Shown in pieces: positions 52,292-62,736 of a DNA stretch of 64,000 nucleotides. A program made the translations under genes and the position numbers. The stretch's first letter is position 1; every line of letters begins with the position of its first letter. Origin of the DNA: Candidatus Marinacidobacterales bacterium (GTDB lineage Bacteria; Acidobacteriota; Vicinamibacteria; Marinacidobacterales; SMYC01). Location of the stretch: the NCBI GenBank assembly GCA_965224085.1, contig CBDCYI010000004.1, positions 384,001 to 448,000 on the forward strand. The letters are read 5' to 3'. Below the pieces are notes generated by a model. That model was given only the letters and a program-made list of their open reading frames with translations, was not told the origin of the DNA and searched no databases.

Positions 52292-53892
52292 CTAAGCGGA
52301 GTCCGCCTGCGTCCACGCTCCATCTATCTGCCGACGCTCCATCTATCTGCCGCCAGACCCCTCCGGGGTTGCGGTCGCGCAGCTCCGCAGGAAGCCGCGG
52401 CTCACGCACGTTGTCATAGCACTCGAGCATCGCGAATCGGCGAACCGAACCCGGAATGCCAACGGCCGTGAACCCGGGGTGACCCGTGGCCGGATACGGT
52501 CCCCCATGATTCATGGCGGGAGTCACCGCAACTCCAGTGGGCATCTTGTCGTTCAGGAGGCGCCCGACGCGTCTTCGAAGGTGGCGTTCCACACGAATGT
52601 AGAGCCCGTCATCCTCACCCTTCGTATCCGTGTAAATGGATCCGGTGAGATTGCCTTCGAAGCTGCTCACCACTTTCTCGAGCTCGTCCGCGTCTTTGGC
52701 CACCACGAACAAGTTGGAGTTCCCAAACGCTTCCGTTTGCAGCTTCTCCGGATCCCGAATGAACGCCTCACCGGTGGTCTTGACGAGCGTGTTCAGAAAA
52801 CGACAGCCGCTCCCATCGGCCTTCGAGCCTCCCGTTACGAGCGTCCCGCCCGCAGACTGGAGCGCTTCGACCGATTCGGCCAAGCTCTTCAAGCCAGAGA
52901 CGCCGAGCAGCGGAGTCGGCTTGGCTTTCTCGAAGCGACCGTGCATATCGGCGATGAACTGCTCCGCCTCCTCACCCTCCTGAAGCACGACGATGCCAGG
53001 ATTCGTACAGAACTGCCCCGTCCCCATGAGCGCAGAGGTTTGAAACTCCTCCGCAATCTCCCGGGCGCGCTCTTTCAAGGCGCCCGGCAATATGAATACC
53101 GGATTGATGCTACTCATCTCCAGGTAAATGGGCTTTCCTGCTGCATCGGCGGCGGCTTTCAATGTCAGCGCCGCCCAACGCGAGCCCGTATAGCCAGTCG
53201 CACCTATAAGAGGATGAGAAACGAGGTAAGCGCCGTCCTTGTGGTCGGTACGGTAGATCGTCTGGATGGTAGCAGCTGGAAGCCCGACCTCCTGAACCGC
53301 GGCAAAAGCTTCCGCCGCCAGGAGCTGGCTGGTTCGCGGATGACTCGGGTGCGCCTTGGCGATGACCGGGTTTCCGGCCGCAATGGCCGCTGCAAAATCA
53401 CCCCCGGCCACGCCGTTGAAGGCCAGCGGGAAATTGTTTGGGCCGAAGACAGCCACCGGCCCCCCCAGCGGACCAAACATCGAGCGGATATTGGTTTTCG
53501 TGTCGATCGTGGGCTCCGTCCAGCTGCGCTCGCGCCGCTACGGCCGCCTGGCGAAGCTGATTGCTGGTACGGGGTAGCTCGGCCTCGGCGAGCCGGGGCG
53601 AGAGAGGAAGCGCCGTCTCCAGGTGTGCGGCTTCCGCGATCTCCTCGGACCGTTCTTCGATGCGGTCGGCGTAACGATCCAGAAACTTGCCGATCGTCTC
53701 GGGTGAGACGTCGAACAGCGCGTCGGCAGCTGAGCTTCCGGCAACCAGCGCAGCGTCAACATCTTTCCGGCTGCTTACCGGATAGACGGGACCTATCGTT
53801 TCGCCCGTCGAGGGATTGATGGCTTGAAAAGTACCGGTCGCGTCCGCAGGCCGCCACTCTCCATCGATGAGTACTTTCTCCGTTTCCGTCAT
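52292..53892 (-). pseudogene. Alpha-ketoglutaric semialdehyde dehydrogenase-like ALDH; frameshift near 53530 and 19-bp duplication near the 3' end
   Basis: VFGPNNFPLAF, KAHPSHP, EMSSINP, GQFCTNPG, PTGVAV, HGGPYPAT. Confidence 0.85.
52315..52352. repeat. 19-bp tandem duplication (ACGCTCCATCTATCTGCCG)2
   Basis: Exact copies at 52315-52333 and 52334-52352. Confidence 0.95.
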
Positions 53893-54070
53893 GATCGTGC
53901 TCCTCAGTCGCTGTCCCCTGTTCGGCGACAATATACCTCCGCGTTGTCTCCCTCGGTACTTTTTTGCTAATGTCGCGTACAGAAACAGGTGCCGTCACCT
54001 CATCCGCCTGGAGAAATGAGATGGAACGCGCTTGGCTTTCCTTGGGGTTCTCACGGACGCCGAGGCCATT

Positions 54071-56939
54071 ATGAGCGCTTCTCGTTGGCAAGAGGTCAAG
54101 GCGCTCTTCGACGCCGCATCCAAGCGGGCCCCTCGGAGCGCGGCCGATTCTTGGACGAGGCTTGCCCCGACGAGGAAGTCCGGCGGGAGGTCGAGTCTCT
54201 TCTGCACGTTAAGATCAAGAGCTTTCTCGAAGATTCCCCCACCGATCTCGCCGCCTCATCGAGTGTCGAAACGTCCGACCTCATCGGGCGGCAACTCTCT
54301 CACTACAAGGTGCTCTCGGAAGTAAGCCGTGGGGGCATAGGGATCGTCTACCGCGCACTTGGCGTCAAGCTGAATCGTGACAGTCGCCATCAAGGTGCTT
54401 CCGCCGGAGCTGACCGAGAACGCGGAGCGAAAACGCCGCTTCGTCCAGGCGGCCCACGCGGCCGCCGCGCTCGAGCATCCTCACATCGCCGTCATCTACG
54501 AGATCGATGACGCCGAGGGCGTAACGTTCATCGCGATGGAGTTGATCCGCGGGGAAAAGCTAATTGACGTCCTCGCGAAGGAGGAGTTCACCGTAGCGCG
54601 CGCCCTGGAGATAGCCATCGAGATCGCCGAAGGGCTTTCTCGCGCCCACGAAAAGGGAATCGTACACCGCGATCTCAAGCCCGCGAAAATCATGATCACC
54701 TATGACGGACACGTCAAGATCATCGACTTCGGGCTGGCGAAGCTCATGGAGCACGCTACCCAGACGGACAGCAACGTCCCAACGACCGTCCGCGGTCGAA
54801 CAGCTTCCGGCGTCGTCATGGGCACGAACTCGTACATGTCCCCGGAGCAAGCTCGAGGTCTCAAGGTCGATCATGGAACGACATTTTCAGCTCCGGAATC
54901 GTTCTCTACGAGATATTGACCGGATCGGCCCCCTTCAGAGCACCGAGCGGGGCCGAAACATTGAACGCCATCATCAACACGCCGGCGCCACCGCTGGATT
55001 CCGTAGACGCGGCGTTGGCTCCGCAGCTTCAGCGCGTCCTGGACGGTTGTCTCGCAAAGGATGCGAGCGACCGCTACCCGGAGATGAAGGCGCTTCTCTC
55101 CGACCTGCGCCTGACCAAGCGGGATGCCGACAGCCGTGCCTCCGGCGTGAAGCCGTGGGCGGGCCCCGGCAAGCTCGGGCGCTGCTCCCTCCCAGGCGAT
55201 CTTGGGCGTTGGCTTTGGCCGTCGGCGCCGCCGTGGCCGCGATCGGCATCTATACCTACAGCGTACGGGAGCCGCCTCTTCCCCGACTGAGCAGCCCAGT
55301 TCAGATAACGCTCGCTCTCGGCGTCGAGGACTATCCGACTTGGTCTCCCGATGGGCGTTCCTTCGCCTACGCCGCAAGCGAGACCGGGGTGTTTCGCCGG
55401 GGCAATTGGGACATTATGATCACACAGCTCGGCGGCGGCGAGCCGCTCAACCGCGCTGCCGATTATGACGGCGTGGACTCGTTCCCCAGCTGGTCACCCG
55501 ATGGAACGTCGATCGCCTTCCATTCCAATCGCGACGGCGGCGGAATTTTCGTGATGTCGCCTCTTTCCGGCGCTCCTCAGCGTGTCGTATCGCCCGAGCA
55601 CGCGGAGCACGCCGAGTTCTCTAGCGCGCCCAACTGGTCGCGCGACGGTACAAAGCTCGCGTTCATCGATCACATGGAGCTCGAGATCGTCTCGGTGCAG
55701 ACCGGAGAGTTCCGCCGCTTCGCTCTTCTAGGCAGCTCGGGCACCCGCTACGATCCAAGCTGGTCTCCTAGCGAAAGGTTCATGGCCTTCGTCGCGGCTC
55801 AGAATCGGACCGCGACCGTGACGGAGCTCTGGCTGCTTCGCCTAAAGGATGGCGAGGCGATCCCGTTGACCGACGGCCAGTCCAAAGACTGGAGTCCGAG
55901 CTGGTCCATCAACGGCCGCTCGCTCTACTACGTCTCGAACCGCGGTGGCGCCATGGATCTCTGGCAGCTTCCAATCGGATCGGACGGCACTCTTACTGGC
56001 GAGCCCGTACCGCTCACGGTGGGGATCGGAATGCGACGCGCCACCCTCTCGGACGATGGCTCACGAGTGGCCTACTCGGACGGCGGACAGATCGCCAATC
56101 TCTGGCGCGTGCTGATCCTGAAAGAGCGCGAGGCCACTTGGACCGACGCGGAGCAGCTCACTTTCGATCAGCCGATGATCACCATCGTCAAGGTTTCCGC
56201 GGATCGACGACTCGCGTTCAACTCGGGACGGGCCGGCAACCCCGACCTCTGGATACTATCGACGGGCGGCGGCCCAATGCAGCAGCTGACGACCGACGCG
56301 AAGCCCGAATGGTCACCCTCGTGGTCGCCGGACGGGACAGAGATCGTGTTCTATTCGTTGCGCACCGGAACCCGGCACATCTGGGCCATGCCCTCGACCG
56401 GCGGTCAGGCCGACAGCTAACGAGCAGCGACGCCGAGGACTACCATCCGCGCTGGTCACCGGACGGTGGTTCGATATCGTTTCACTCGCTCCGCACTGGA
56501 AACATGGACATCAGGGTGATTCCCGCCGAGGGCGGCGAGCCGCGACAGATCACCAACAGCCAGAGTGGAGATTTTTCTGCTCAATGGTCTCGAGACAGCA
56601 AGTCGCTGCTATGGATCTCGACAAGAGATTCCGAAGTCCCGAAGCTCTGGCGCATGAGGCTCGAGGGCGGGGTACCGCAGCAAGTCACAAAAGGCCCAGC
56701 CTGGTATCCCGCGCCCTCACTCGACGGTGAACGGATTTACTTCACCGGCTACGCCGAGAGGATGGGGAATATCTGGGAGGTACCCATGGCGGGCCGGAGT
56801 GGAACGCCCGGTCACCGACTTCCGCGACAAGCGCGGGAGCCCAGGCTCGGAGTCGCTCACCACGGACGGCGAGTTCATCTACTTCTCCTGGGAGGAGGAC
56901 ATGGGCGACATCTGGGTGATGGACGTGAGCAGACCGTGA
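54071..56939 (+). pseudogene. Ser/Thr kinase with PD40/TolB-like propellers, multiply frameshifted
   Basis: HRDLKPAKI, DFGLAK, YMSPEQ, repeated WSPDG; split over several ORFs. Confidence 0.85.
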
Positions 56940-57047
56940 GGGCGTCGAGCGGCTTAGGGTCGATTCGTGGGGACGAGGCGCTGCAGCTCTTGGACTCGAG
57001 CGGCATATCCCATTCCACTAACATACGCATTTCAGTACCTCCTTGAT

Positions 57048-57536
57048 TTACGATTTTACTCTTTGCGGAACGTGCCCGCGCTTAAACACCATGACGGTCC
57101 TCTTGAACTCGATGACGGTCCTCCCCTCCTGGTTGTAGCCCGTCGTGTGGAACGACACGATACCTATATTTGAGCGCGATTTCGACTCCCGCTTCGACAG
57201 CACTTCGCTCTTCGAGTAGATCGTGTCACCCTCGAAGACCGGGTTCGGCAGACGCACTTCGTCCCAGCCCAAATTGGCCATCACGTTCTGGGAAATGTCG
57301 GTGACGGATTGTCCCGTCACCAATGCGAGCGTGAACGTAGAGTCGACGAGCGGTTTCTTGTATTCCGTCTGCGAAGCGTAGTGATGGTCGAAGTGGATTG
57401 GGTTCGTGTTCTGCGTCAAAAGCGTGAACCAGCTATTGTCGACCGATAAGACGGTACGCCCGAGAGGATGCTCGTAAACGTCGCCCACTTCGAAATCTTC
57501 GTAGACGCGCCCCGTCCAACCTTCCTTCACCGCCAT
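57048..57536 (-). CDS. MaoC-family dehydratase (RipB/Ich-like)
   Basis: YEDFEVGDVYEHPLGRT, DNSWFTLLTQNTNPIHFD, ANLGWDEVRL. Confidence 0.85.
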   Translation of the reverse strand: MAVKEGWTGRVYEDFEVGDVYEHPLGRTVLSVDNSWFTLLTQNTNPIHFDHHYASQTEYKKPLVDSTFTLALVTGQSVTDISQNVMANLGWDEVRLPNPVFEGDTIYSKSEVLSKRESKSRSNIGIVSFHTTGYNQEGRTVIEFKRTVMVFKRGHVPQRVKS

Positions 57537-58714
57537 TAGATGACCCCCTCTTTCCTCAAAGCTGCAATGTCCTCTGCGCTATAGCCGATATCGCTCAGGA
57601 TACGACCGGTATCGGCGCCAACCTCGGGCACCGGGCCCATGACTGGCTCCACGCCATCGATCGTCGCGGGTGGGATGAGCGCCGAGAGTTTGCCTACGGG
57701 CGAGTCGATCTCCTGCCAACGATCGCGCGCCGCGAGCTGCGGGTGGCGGACGAAATCAAGAACTTCATTGACTTCGCAGTGGGCGATATCCGCGTCGGCG
57801 AGCCGGTTCAGGATCTCTTTCGTGGTCACCGCCCGGAACACCGACTCGATGACTTCGAAAAGCGCCTCCCGGTGCTCCACGCGTTCCGCGTTCGAGAAAA
57901 AGCGCGCATCAGTGGCGAGCTCGGGGCGCTCCAAAACGCGCTCGCAAAAGCGGAGCCACTCCCGTTCGTTCTGGATCGCAACGAATATGGATTCGCCGTT
58001 CCCCGTCTCGACGTCGCCATACGGCGCAATCGTCGGGTGGCGCGTTCCCGAACGCCGGGGCGACGTGCCGCTATAGCCGGCGTAGTAGACCGGGTAGCCC
58101 ATCCACTCGCCGAGCGCCTCGAGCAGCGAGACTTCCACGTGGCTCCCTTCGCCGGTCTTCTGACGCTTGATGAGCGCGGTGAGGATGCCGGAATACGCGT
58201 ACATCCCGGCCGCGATGTCGGCCACCGAGATGCCGACCCGCGCCGGCGCCGCCTCGGTGCCCGTGATCGAGAGAAGCCCCGATTCCGCCTGCACGAGGAG
58301 GTCATAGGCCTTTTTATCCTTGTACGGTCCGGTCGAGCCGAAGCCGGAGATCTCGCAATTAATAATGTGGGGATAGGTCTCACGCACCGTTCCCGCGCCA
58401 AAGCCGAGCCGACCAAGCGCACCGGGAGCGAGGTTCGAGAGAAGCACGTCCGCGTTGTCGATGAGCTTTCCTAGTATTTCCCGGCCCGCCGCCGCCTTGA
58501 CGTCTAGGGTGAGCGACTCTTTGGACCGATTCAGCCAAACGAAGTGGCTGGACATGCCCTTGACGGCACGGTCGTAGCCTCGGGCGAAATCGCCCTTTCC
58601 GGGCCGCTCGATCTTGATGACGCGGGCGCCGAGATCGGCTAGCTGCCGCGTCGCGAAGGGGCCCGCGACCGCTTGCTCGACCGAGACGACCGTGACGTCG
58701 CCGAGAGGAAGCAC
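57536..58714 (-). CDS. CaiB/BaiF family III CoA transferase
   Basis: EQAVAGPFATRQLADLGARVIKIERP, LNRSKES, KAYDLLVQ. Confidence 0.92.
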   Translation of the reverse strand: MLPLGDVTVVSVEQAVAGPFATRQLADLGARVIKIERPGKGDFARGYDRAVKGMSSHFVWLNRSKESLTLDVKAAAGREILGKLIDNADVLLSNLAPGALGRLGFGAGTVRETYPHIINCEISGFGSTGPYKDKKAYDLLVQAESGLLSITGTEAAPARVGISVADIAAGMYAYSGILTALIKRQKTGEGSHVEVSLLEALGEWMGYPVYYAGYSGTSPRRSGTRHPTIAPYGDVETGNGESIFVAIQNEREWLRFCERVLERPELATDARFFSNAERVEHREALFEVIESVFRAVTTKEILNRLADADIAHCEVNEVLDFVRHPQLAARDRWQEIDSPVGKLSALIPPATIDGVEPVMGPVPEVGADTGRILSDIGYSAEDIAALRKEGVI

Positions 58715-58716
58715 TA

Positions 58717-58905
58717 GCAGGCTGCCCAAAAAGTACCCGCGCAGCCTGCGCGAGCGGCCAGCCTTCGCTGAAGCTTCGGCGGCGGGCGCACCGCCGTCCG
58801 CAGCGAGCCGGCGAGCGGAGGACAGGGCGCGAGCGAAGACAGAGCGCCCACGGATGAATGACCCAACGAAACGCCGGGTGCGTTCACGGAGAGCGAACGA
58901 GCACT
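58717..58905. mobile_element. 189-bp MITE-like insertion with an 8-bp direct repeat
   Basis: AAGCACTA at 58709-58716 and 58906-58913. Confidence 0.6.
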
Positions 58906-58910
58906 AAGCA

Positions 58911-60074
58911 CTAATAAGACCGCGGCAAACCGAGCACGCGCTCGGCGATGAAGGTCAGGATCAAGTTCGTCGACACCGGCGCCACCTGATAGAGCCGCGT
59001 CTCACGAAACTTCCGCTCGATATCGTACTCCGCGGCGAAGCCGAAGCCTCCAAAAGTCTGGAGGGCGGCATTGCCCGCCTCCCACGATGCATCCGCGGCC
59101 AGAAGCTTTGCCATGTTGGCGTCGGCGCCGCACGATTCACCGCGGTCGAACAAATCGGCCGCGCGGAAGCGCACCAAGTCCGCCGCTTCAGTGTGTGCGT
59201 GGGCGCGTGCCAGCGGAAACTGAATGCCTTGATTCTGCCCGATGGGCCGGCCGAAGACTTCGCGGTCGCGCGCATATTCGCTCGAGCGGTCGAGAAAGAA
59301 GCGTGCGTCACCGATACATTCCGCGGCGATGAGAATCCTCTCCGCGTTCATCCCATCGAGGATGTAACGAAAGCCTTTCCCTTCTTCCCCAATCAGATTC
59401 TCGCCCGGGACCTCCAAATCGTCGAGGAACAGCTCGCACGAATGGTGGTTCATCATCGTGGGGATGGGACGCACAGTGATGCCATTTCCGATGGCTTCGC
59501 GCAAGTCGACGAGAAACACCGAGAGACCTTCGGTCTTTTTGGTGACCTCCTCGAAAGCTGTCGTGCGGGCCAGCAGCAGCATCAAGTCGGAATGTTCGGT
59601 ACGCGAGATCCAGACTTTCTGGCCGTTCACGATATAGCGATCGCCTTCGCGGCGGGCGAAGGTCTGAAGCTTTGTCGTGTCGGAGCCGGTGGTCGGCTCC
59701 GTCACCCCGAAAGCTTGAAGTCTGAGCTCGCCATTCGCAATCGACGGGAGGAAACGCTTCTTCTGCTCGCCGGAGCCATGCCGGAGGAGCGTCCCCATGA
59801 TGTACATCTGGGCGTGGCACACACCGGCATTTCCGGGCGAATGGTTGATCGCCTCCAGGATGAGGCTCGTCTCGAGCAGCCCGAGACCGGCCCCACCGTA
59901 CTCTTGTGGAATGAGCGCGCCGAGCCAGCCACCTTTCGTGAGCGCGGCGATGAACTCTGTCGGGTAGCCGAGCTCCCGGTCGAGCTTCTGCCAATATTCG
60001 CCGGAAAAGTCCCGGACGACATCCCGCACCGATTGGCGGATTTGTTCCTGCTCCGGCGTGAGGCAAAAATCCAT
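58911..60074 (-). CDS. Acyl-CoA dehydrogenase
   Basis: IPQEYGGAG, VTEPTTGSD, NGQKVWIS, REVFGRPIG, QTFGGFG. Confidence 0.93.
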   Translation of the reverse strand: MDFCLTPEQEQIRQSVRDVVRDFSGEYWQKLDRELGYPTEFIAALTKGGWLGALIPQEYGGAGLGLLETSLILEAINHSPGNAGVCHAQMYIMGTLLRHGSGEQKKRFLPSIANGELRLQAFGVTEPTTGSDTTKLQTFARREGDRYIVNGQKVWISRTEHSDLMLLLARTTAFEEVTKKTEGLSVFLVDLREAIGNGITVRPIPTMMNHHSCELFLDDLEVPGENLIGEEGKGFRYILDGMNAERILIAAECIGDARFFLDRSSEYARDREVFGRPIGQNQGIQFPLARAHAHTEAADLVRFRAADLFDRGESCGADANMAKLLAADASWEAGNAALQTFGGFGFAAEYDIERKFRETRLYQVAPVSTNLILTFIAERVLGLPRSY

Positions 60075-60137
60075 TTCGGCGGCAGAATAGCACCGAACAG
60101 ACTCGCTAGTATAGAATCCACGCTCGTAGGAGGAACC

Positions 60138-60812
60138 ATGACAAGCGCATCCACATCTGGTCCCAACGTTCGAAATCTCATCCTCGCTCCCGCGATCATC
60201 AGCTTTGCGATCACAATCTTGCGGCTCGTCGGCGAGCTCAACCAATGGTCACCTGGGGTGTTCAGCCGTGAAGCCGGGGGCGGCGGATCGTGGCTCGGGA
60301 TTTCTTGGCTCGTTCCGATTTTCGGTGCCTATTTTGCCGTCAAGCTCGTTCGTGACGGCTACACGCCGAAGAGTAATATCAAAGTAATCTTGTTCGCGAT
60401 CCTCGGCGCCGCAGTCTCTATGGGAATCATGATGGCCTTTTTCAGCCACGGTGTTACGGATGTCCTCTTTGTCCTGGCGTCGTTCGTAGGCGCCGGCGCC
60501 GGCATTGCCCTCCAGCGCATCGCCTGGCCCGAACTGTTTCGCACCCTTCTCACCTACGCGTTCGCGGCCCGAATCCCGGTCGCGCTCGTGATGCTCGTCG
60601 TGATTTCCGGTAGCTGGGGGACCCATTACGACGTAGCACCGCCCGGCGGCATTCCGGAGATGAGCGCTCTCGCCACATGGTTCTATATCGGTTTCGTGCC
60701 GCAGTTCACGGGCTGGATCATGTTCACCACGGTGATTGGAAGCCTGGCCGGCGGCATCGCAGCCGTCGCCAGGCGGGCCAAAGCACCGGAAGAGGCAGCT
60801 CAAACAAGTTAA
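60138..60812 (+). CDS. Hypothetical polytopic membrane protein
   Basis: TAGAAT box, AGGAGG RBS, about six TM helices. Confidence 0.75.
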   Translation: MTSASTSGPNVRNLILAPAIISFAITILRLVGELNQWSPGVFSREAGGGGSWLGISWLVPIFGAYFAVKLVRDGYTPKSNIKVILFAILGAAVSMGIMMAFFSHGVTDVLFVLASFVGAGAGIALQRIAWPELFRTLLTYAFAARIPVALVMLVVISGSWGTHYDVAPPGGIPEMSALATWFYIGFVPQFTGWIMFTTVIGSLAGGIAAVARRAKAPEEAAQTS

Positions 60813-60821
60813 ATTCCCCGG

Positions 60822-61273
60822 GTGGAGTTCTCACTCGAATCGAAATACGTCACTGAAGACAGTACGATTCTGATCTCCGGCGTTCAGGTGCTTGTGCGCC
60901 TGCCGATGGATCAGCACCGCGCCGATCGGCGCGCCTGACTTCGTACGGCTACCCTTGTCTCGGGCTATCGCGGCTCCCCGCTCGGCGGTCTCGACCACGA
61001 GCTTTCCCGGCATCAATGAAGACCTCGGCGCGACCGCGGTGTTCGGAAGCCAAATGGCCGGCCTCTTCCCGAGCCCGAAATATGACGGGGTCCTCGGCAT
61101 GTGGTACGGAAAAGCACCCGGCGTCGATCGCACTGGCGACGTTTTCAAGCACGCGAACTTCGCGGGGGTCGGACGCACTCGCGGTGTACTCGCGATCGTG
61201 GGCGACGACACGACCGCAAAATCGTCGACGCTCCCATCACAATCGGAAGCCGCATTCTACAACGCGCTCATGC
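60822..61273 (+). pseudogene. Indolepyruvate ferredoxin oxidoreductase family, N-terminal remnant
   Basis: SGVQVLVRLP, in-frame TGA, SGYRGSPLGG, PGINEDLGAT, WYGKAPGVDR, AKSSTLPSQS. Confidence 0.85.
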
Positions 61274-62577
61274 CAAAGGTTTACCCTTCAAAGGTTCCAC
61301 CCTTTTGTTGTGGGACCTACGACCTACGAAAAAGCTTAATTCTTAGCGGATGTCACTTAAGGCCGGCCAGGGAGGTTTTGGTCGCTGTATGTCGTCATGA
61401 GAAGGTGATGGCCCGACGTCTGCGCATGATCGACAACGAGAGCGGTGTTGTAGAGATTACTTCTCGCGTCCAACATGGGCGGTTTCTGCTCCGACCCTCT
61501 CCGCATAGCAATGACCTCATTCTCGGAGTCTTGGGTCGGGCCCAATCAAAGTACGACGTCGCCCTCTACTGTTTCATCTTTATGAGCAACCATTTTCACT
61601 TGCTGATGAAGGCGGCCTCCGTCAGACAAATGAGTCGGTTCGTGGGTTTCGTCAAAGGCAACTTGGCCAAAGAGTTAGGGCGCCTTCATGATTGGAGAGA
61701 GAACCTGTGGGGGCGACGCTATCACTCCGCCTCGGTCGGAGCGTCCGAGGAAGCGCAGGTCGCTCGATTCTCGTATATTCTTGCGAACGGCTGCAAAGAA
61801 GGACTCGTTGCATCGCCGCTTGAATGGCCGGGCGTCAGTAGCGCCAGGGCGCTCTACAGTGGCGAGAACACTTTGCAGGGTACGTGGTATGACCGCACCG
61901 CTCAGTATCGGGCGCAAAAACACGGAGAAGACAGAAAGGTCAAACTTTTTCCTTCAGCGGAGATCGTTCACTTGAGCCCGCTTCCCTTTCTTGCGGAACG
62001 AAGCTTGGACGAGCAACGAGCCTTCGTCATCAGCGCTATCCGTAGACTCGAAGACGAAACCGCCCAAAAACACCGCGAATGCGGCACGGCTCCCATCGGA
62101 GTTCGAAGCATTCGACGCTAAAATTCTCACGACAAGCCGAAGGAGTTCAAATCTTCCCCCGCGCCAATCATTCACGCCGCGAACCCGGAAGAGTTCTGGA
62201 CAATGCGCGAAGCACGCAGGATGAAAGTCACTGCATATCGCAGCGCGGCCGAGCGGTTGAAAAGAGGTGAGATTGACGTGCGCTTTCCCGTGGGGTGCTT
62301 TCCGCCTCCGCTCCCATACGTGGAAAGCAGGGCGCCTCCATAACGCGATCATTCACTGCTTCGCTGCTCTAGCTCACCATCACCGTCCACGAACAGCCTT
62401 CGTGTGTCCGCAAACCGGAAATTAGCGATCAGTTCGAGATGGAGCCACTTTGAGCCAGTTTCAGCTCCCATCATCCTCCCGCCGTCCCTTCACTCAGTTC
62501 GATCGACCCGATTTCGCCCTCCTCACGCGAACAAAAGCATGTCACCTTTTTCTTTCAACCTTTTTCTTTCAGCATGT
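61274..62577 (+). mobile_element. RAYT-like Y1 HUH transposase element; CDS 61408-62343 with premature TAA at 62119
   Basis: MSNHFHLL, LWGRRY, YILAN, LEWPGVSS; frame continues NSHDKP...FPVGCFPP; related motifs at both ends. Confidence 0.82.
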
Positions 62578-62578
62578 T

Positions 62579-62736
62579 ATCTGGCGGGGTGGGGCTTCGG
62601 AAAAGCAACCCTCGACGGTGAGACGCTCTACGAAGACTACCAGATACACTTCATGGTCACGCAGGGCATGCGCGACCGCGAGACCCTGAAAGTCGACTAC
62701 CCGCTCTTGAACAAAAATCGCGCGCCGGCGCGGTGA
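62579..62736 (+). pseudogene. C-terminal remnant of an unidentified gene
   Basis: GWGFGKATLDGETLYEDYQIHFMVTQGMRD begins abruptly at the element end. Confidence 0.4.

Noticed and set aside
62119-62121. Stop-codon recoding
   Set aside because: The in-frame stops are of all three types and sit in otherwise damaged or mobile genes; normal genes end in TAA, TAG and TGA.
60892-62121. IOR-transposase fusion protein
   Set aside because: Accidental in-frame read-through from a pseudogene across the element's left end.
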